Of a stretch of 64,000 nucleotides of DNA, positions 58,566-64,000 are shown one piece after another. Both the position numbers and the translations under genes were made by a program. Every line of letters starts with the position of its first letter. The first letter of the stretch is position 1. The notes beneath the pieces are model-generated. The model saw only the letters and a program-made list of their open reading frames with translations, had not been told where the DNA came from and did no database searches. Origin of the DNA: Azolla caroliniana (lineage: Eukaryota; Plantae; Polypodiophyta); assembly GCA_043228905.1 (NCBI GenBank), contig JBHGNT010000010.1:7440001-7504000 (forward strand), written 5' to 3'.

Positions 58566-61429
58566 TGTTACCCGGCCGGCAAAGGAGCAGAGACCAGAAT
58601 GTGAAAGGGATGGTTATTCGGAATAGATTTAATTAAGTAGATTAGATTATAATTATGTAGTGAACGGACAAACCGGAATCAGTATGCCGATCCGGATCCG
58701 AACCGATTCTGAACAGGTGCCGGTTGGCACCGTTTTTTGTACGCAGCACCGGTGACCTATATAAAGGCCCGGTTACAATGTATAACTTTGACAGAGAATT
58801 AATATAAGCTTCTTGTTTTATCTTCACGTATTGATTATCGTTCTGAATTAATTGTTATATCTTACGCGTGTATTAAGTGTATGCCTTATTGCTAAGTAGC
58901 TAATTCAGTTGAAGTAATCGTTGTGTCTTAAGTTATCTCGCCGTAACACCCTTTGGTGAAGTGTCTTCTAGAGACACCCTCTGTTAGGCCATTGTCTGGC
59001 CCTAAGGATTAACACAGTTTTTGGCGACCACGATTCCTACATAATCGCAGCGAACAACGGCGGGAATGGATGACACGACCAACGAACGACCCGGTTACAG
59101 AGCGAGCAAGGAAACTTGTTGAACGGCTGAGGAAGCGAGAGGCTTTCCAACAAGCGGCAGAAGAAATCAGAGTGGATCGCTCATTTTCGAAAGTGATCCG
59201 GAGAGTGGCCAAGGAATCACTTCGGCTACCATAAAATGCCTACTTGAACGAAGGAAGCATCCTAAGCAGCCTCGGGGAAGCAAAATCCCTTCTCCATGCA
59301 TTGGCAGTAGGGGAAGGCGAATCCGAAGCATTTTCAGCATTTGAATCAGGTTCGGACGGGGAATACAGCGCGCAGACGAACTACCGTAGCAGTAACGACA
59401 CCCCAGACGGACCAAAGGACGATGAGTCAGATACTTTGCCGACACCAGAACCCGAATCGACAAGGCTGGAAACTCCGGTACCAAAAGTCGACCACACTCC
59501 GGAACCAGAAGTCGACGACGAGAGACCTCCAACACAGGAAGTCGAGGAGGAGAAGCCTCCGACACCACAAGAGGAGCAGGAAAGACCTCCGACGGCGACA
59601 AAAGACCGGGGAAAACCTCTGACACCATTAGAGGAGGAACGACCACCGACACCACCAGCCCGTGTACCGACACCAGACGACGATATGTTGTTCCAATATC
59701 CCAGATATCAGGATGATCCGGACGCGGAAGCCCACGTCCATGTGTTTCAACAAACCTGGGAAGCGAACCATGTGTCCCAACGCTTAAATGCAGCCGAAGA
59801 GGAACGCTCAAAACGGGCAGAGTTTGGCATGACCTTGGAGGGACCGGCCGCTCGATGGCACCGAAAAAGGATCCCAGCACGATCCCCACGTTTGAAACAT
59901 TAAAGACAAAATTCTTGCATTTCTTCCACAAGGAGATGGACCAACAGGAAATGGTCGGGTTATTTTACAGTATCCGGCAGGAACCAACAGAAAACATCCA
60001 ACAATTTGTCATCAGGTTCCAGCGGATACACAGTCAGCTCAGCCGGACACCACCGGAGGAAGAAACAAAGGCCATATTCTTAGCAGCACTCCGGGAACCC
60101 TTACGGACGGTGTGCACCGTCATCAATTTCCGCACCAGCAGCATAGATCAAGTGATTGACAGAGTTCGGGAAATGGAAAACTCGAGTTCATGGCTAACCA
60201 TGGGCGCACTGCAGTGTACGCTACCGACGGAAGAGGACCTCCGTTTCCGACAAGCAGTTCAATGTACGGTATGCCTGAATGCCGGACATTCGGCGCTGGA
60301 ATGCACCATGCGTTCCCAATGCTTGCTTTGCCACTCCAGAAGTCACACAATGGAACGGTGTGAGTATAACTTGTTAAATCGACAAGCACCACCGGTCTGG
60401 CAAATTGAACCACGGAGCAACCAAGAGTAAGAAGAAGAATGTTGGCGGTGAGAAGAGCGCTACCGGCCGGCACAAGATGTCCGGTATAGCGACTGAAGAG
60501 ACGCGTATGACCGGTATGATAGACAGGATAGATACCGGGACTATAATGGACGGTATGAAAGATATAACCAGGATCACTCCCCTGGTTACAACCACCGACG
60601 GGACGACTATGGCAAGAATGACGACCAGCCCCGGCAAGGATACCGCACCAAAAAGAATTTCAATAAGAAACGTCATTTCAACAAAAAGGGGGGTCATCCA
60701 CAAGAACGGGAAAAGGGCGCTCCGAGCAGCCAACCCGACCAAAATCAAGCACTTGCCCCTGGTCCTCCACCAAGCACACACGTTGAATCCAGCAACGCCC
60801 GAAAGCTGTACTGCTATTATTGTCGGCAAGAGGGTCACTATAGTAATCAATGTCCGGCGAAGAGCTACGACAAACGGCCGGCGGTGAACATGGTAGACGC
60901 GGAAGTCGCGGACATACAACAGGTCACTACAAGATCAAAAGGCAAAGCCACGGAGTGGGAAACTCAAGAAGTTATCCAGAAGTAGGCAACCGAATGGGTG
61001 AAGAAGGCAAATGAACGGAATGCGGTTGAGCTTGAACAACAAAAGGAGAATGTCGAAGAGCTCACTGGCCTGGGGCAACCCGAAAACCCAACCTGGCAGG
61101 CGTTACAAGAATGCCAAATAACATTGCCATTAGGCCGGTTATTGCAACTGGTACCATGGTTCATTGAAGGACGGCAGCAGACACACCACCGGCTCTGACA
61201 TTCTTTTCAAATCCGGAGGAAGGACCGGCAGTGGTGGACACAAGCAGTCCAGCAATCACAACCATCGTGAAGGGAAAAGAGCTACCCGACACGATTATCG
61301 ATGGACGATCCGGGGTGAACGTGATCAGCCTCCGAACGTGTAACACGCTAGGAATCCAAGACTGGGAACCGTGTCCGTTTTGGCTTCGGATGGCGGACAC
61401 AAGCTCAGTACGGCCGACCGGGTCACTCT
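58566..61429 (+). mobile_element. Ty3/gypsy 5' part (element M): LTR 58566-59014, Arg-type PBS, gag, protease; truncated
   Basis: TGTTA..TAACA; PBS TGGCGACCAC at ~59022. Gag FGMTLEGPAARW, SIRQEPTENIQQF, CCHC knuckles (CTVCLNAGH, CYYCRQEGH). Protease TIIDGRSGVNVI. Confidence 0.88.
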
Positions 61430-62355
61430 TGTTAAGAATTTTCTAGGGTTAGTAACTTCTTGGTAGTCTTCTTCTTCTTCTCCTTCTTGAGAAGTGGGGC
61501 GCCGCAGCCATGGCGGCAAAGCTCTGTTAGGGTCAAGTTCTTCTTCTTCTTCTGGGTGTAGCCCGGCTCGAAGCTGGGGTTGTATCGTCCTCTATATATA
61601 TATACCTTTTTCTTCTCTTCATCTTGGTGTAGGGGTGCATTGTCTCTGTTTTCTGTTAGGGTTTCGATGTCTTCTGTCTGCGTGCGTAAGTGGTGTGTTC
61701 GGTTGTGGCAGGCGGCGTGTGGACTGTCTGTGCTTCCCTGAGTTCCTACTCATTGGCTCTTAGCACTCCACGGTCCGGCATGTCTGCGAGTGTGTGTGTA
61801 GGTGTTGGCTTCTGTTGCTTATGCGGAGCCCGCGCGCTAGGTGGTTCGTTGGCAGGACTCCCTCCCTGGCGTACAAGACCCCACTCGGTTCAGCCAGCCC
61901 GTGTGCTCCCTAAAGGCGGCTTGGCGTAGGAGGCATTCGCTCTGGAAGAGGTGGGCCCTGCACGAGGTTCCTGTTGTGCGAACGAGCCCGAGAGCTCCCC
62001 GATTGGCCCTAGGATGCAAGCTCCCTCTTCCTCTGCGCATGGAACTCGCGTCGCAGCAAGCGTTGGGTGTGTATACGTGTGTGTGCGTGTGTGCGGCCAC
62101 GGTTAACAAGGTCGTGTCCCGTACCTCTTTTGAGCCCCTTGTACATACCGGCAAAAGGGGCGGAAAGAACAAGGGCATGCCCTCTCGCTACCTGTGCGGT
62201 TACCGGTTGCGCCCGGAGAATATCCAGGATCGAACCGACTAGCAACGGGGCAAGCACCGGAGGATTTGAGTACCCGGCAACTCCTCCCCTCCTGGTCCAT
62301 GACCCTGGTGGTCCTGCCCATATCCGACATGCAAACGCGGATAGCCACAAGAACA
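61430..62355. mobile_element. LTR-like segment(s), TGTTAA (61430)...TTAACA (62108) and ...AACA (62355)
   Basis: Non-coding, TATA-like run at ~61590, TG/CA boundaries between two truncated elements; no TSD found. Confidence 0.45.
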
Positions 62356-63749
62356 TACTTCTCATGTGACAGCCACAACTGCGTCTTTGTCCGGTCTTGG
62401 ACAATGTGCATTCCCAAGATTTGTTTTTCCGAGCACATATCCTTCATTGCAAAAGACCTGCTCAAAGCCTTTTTCAACAATCCAATTTTCCTCAGGTCTT
62501 GTCTGACAATCAACATGTCATCCACGTATAACAGGAGGACGAGGAAATCTCCTCCATCATGCTTCTTCACAAACACATAATGATCGACCTGCAACTTGAG
62601 GTACCCTTGGTCGACCATGAAGGATTCGAACTTCCGATATCATTGCCAAGGCGCTTGTTTCAGTTCCTACAAACTCTTCTTCAATAGGCATACCAGGTTT
62701 TCTCTTCCCTTCACCACGAATCCTTCCGTTTGCTGCATATAGATTTCTTCCTCTAGGCCTTCATGCGGAAAGGTCGTCTTGACATCCAACTATTCCACTT
62801 CAAGGTCCATGTTGGCCGCTATGCTTAGCACCATTCGAATGGATGTCATCTTCATTACCGGGCCAAATATTTCATCGAAATACACACCCTTCTTTTGTTG
62901 AAAGCCTTTCGCTATTATTCGGACTTTGTACCTAGCTGGATTCTTGCCTTCTCCCGGTTTCAATTTGTAAACCCACTTGTTTTGGAGTGCCTTCTTTCCT
63001 TTCGGTAGCTTGGTCAGTTCATAGGTGTGGTTCACATGCAAGGAATCCATCTCGTCTTGCATGGCATGTAACCACTTTTTGTTGTGGGCATCTTTCTTAG
63101 CTTCCTCAAAGCTTTCTAGCTCCCCCTCATCGGTTAGCAATACATACTCTCTATCCGGAAATTTCTGAGGCACCCTTCTCACTCTTAGAAGGTAGCTTTG
63201 CCTCCATTTGAAACAGTCGGCTCTTGTTTGGCCTCTTCAGTCAACTCTTCATCGGAATCGGATGCTCGTTCGGCCGATTATCTACTTCCAACTGGCTCTC
63301 CTTGTGTGTCTGTCAGAAATCGTCTCTTGACCAACCCTAGTGTTCCTTAGTCAGCTTTAGACTTTGTCGACTAACTAATCAACCGACTGGTTTGTTTCCG
63401 ACTTCGGTCAAATCGATCGATGTCTGATTTGGCCAATCATCAACTCGACTCAAATTGGTAGCCGGGAAGCCTATTCTCGGTCGACTAGGAGGCTGACCCT
63501 ATCTTCTAAATCTCCAGTCGGCAATCGTCTTATCTTCCATAAAGACGATATCTTGGCTCCGAATCACCTTCTTGTCGACTAAGTCCCATAGCCGATAGCC
63601 GAACTCATCCTCACCGTACCCCAAGACAAGAATAAGCATGGTCGAGTCTTTGGATCTAGTTTTCCTCTTTGGTCCTTTGCAACATGCACGTAGGCAAGAC
63701 ATCCAAACACCCTCAGATGTCGATACAACACGTCTTTTCCAGTTCACAT
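62356..63749 (-). mobile_element. Degenerate Tork-like copia integrase-RT fragment
   Basis: LGYGEDEFGYRLWD; AMQDEMDSLH; LLLYVDDML; WLSHEKY. Confidence 0.9.
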
Positions 63750-64000
63750 TGTTATTGCTAGGGCCGGACAACAACCTAACACAGGGTGTCCACTTAAGAC
63801 ACTTTACCAAATGGTGGTACGGCAGAATGATTTACGGCACAACGCTTAATTAGACCTTAATTGGTTACTTAGCAATCCGTAATTAACACGCGTAAGATAT
63901 AACAATGAATACAGAACGGTAATCAACACTGGAAGATTAAGACAATAAGCTTTATTAATTATCCGCTCCTGATTACATTGTAACCAGGCCTTTATATAGG
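63750..64000 (-). mobile_element. LTR of the element-M family in inverted orientation, running off the window
   Basis: Reverse complement matches the M LTR (CCTATATAAAGGCC.GGTTACAATGT..TTGTTATATCTTACGCGTGT..GTTAGG..GGCCCTA). Confidence 0.85.

Noticed and set aside
63700-63760. Insertion hotspot in copia integrase (near WTGKDV, ~25 bp from element D's site in C)
   Set aside because: Only two events, at different positions and by different superfamilies; compatible with chance.

Overview
Nuclear DNA of a non-seed land plant, most likely a fern or similar. The clues are plastid-derived fragments that still carry unedited C-to-U sites, a Tcn1-like gypsy, a Trp-primed gypsy and an RTEX-like LINE. 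About 90% of the window is a deeply nested retrotransposon cluster with no intact host gene. It holds one intact, very young Tnt1/Tork-like Ty1/copia (6383-11720), several degenerate relatives, several Ty3/gypsy elements, two related LINEs, solo LTRs, a plastid mosaic (accD, rps12, trnR, trnG) and a 100-N gap. Removing the nested insertions exposes the most interesting signal, which the ORF track misses: a spliced, pseudogenised gene for a bacterial-type beta-class N4-cytosine/N6-adenine DNA methyltransferase (20108-20499 joined to 26355-26485). Other highlights: a pol-encoding gypsy and a pol-less partner that share a tRNA-Trp PBS and 4-bp targets; two LINEs that both abut (CT)n tracts in the LTRs of one copia; a gag swap in the intact copia; a probable self-priming gypsy; and an LTR family with TG...TA ends. 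All coordinates were read by eye, and family names are motif-based, not from database searches.
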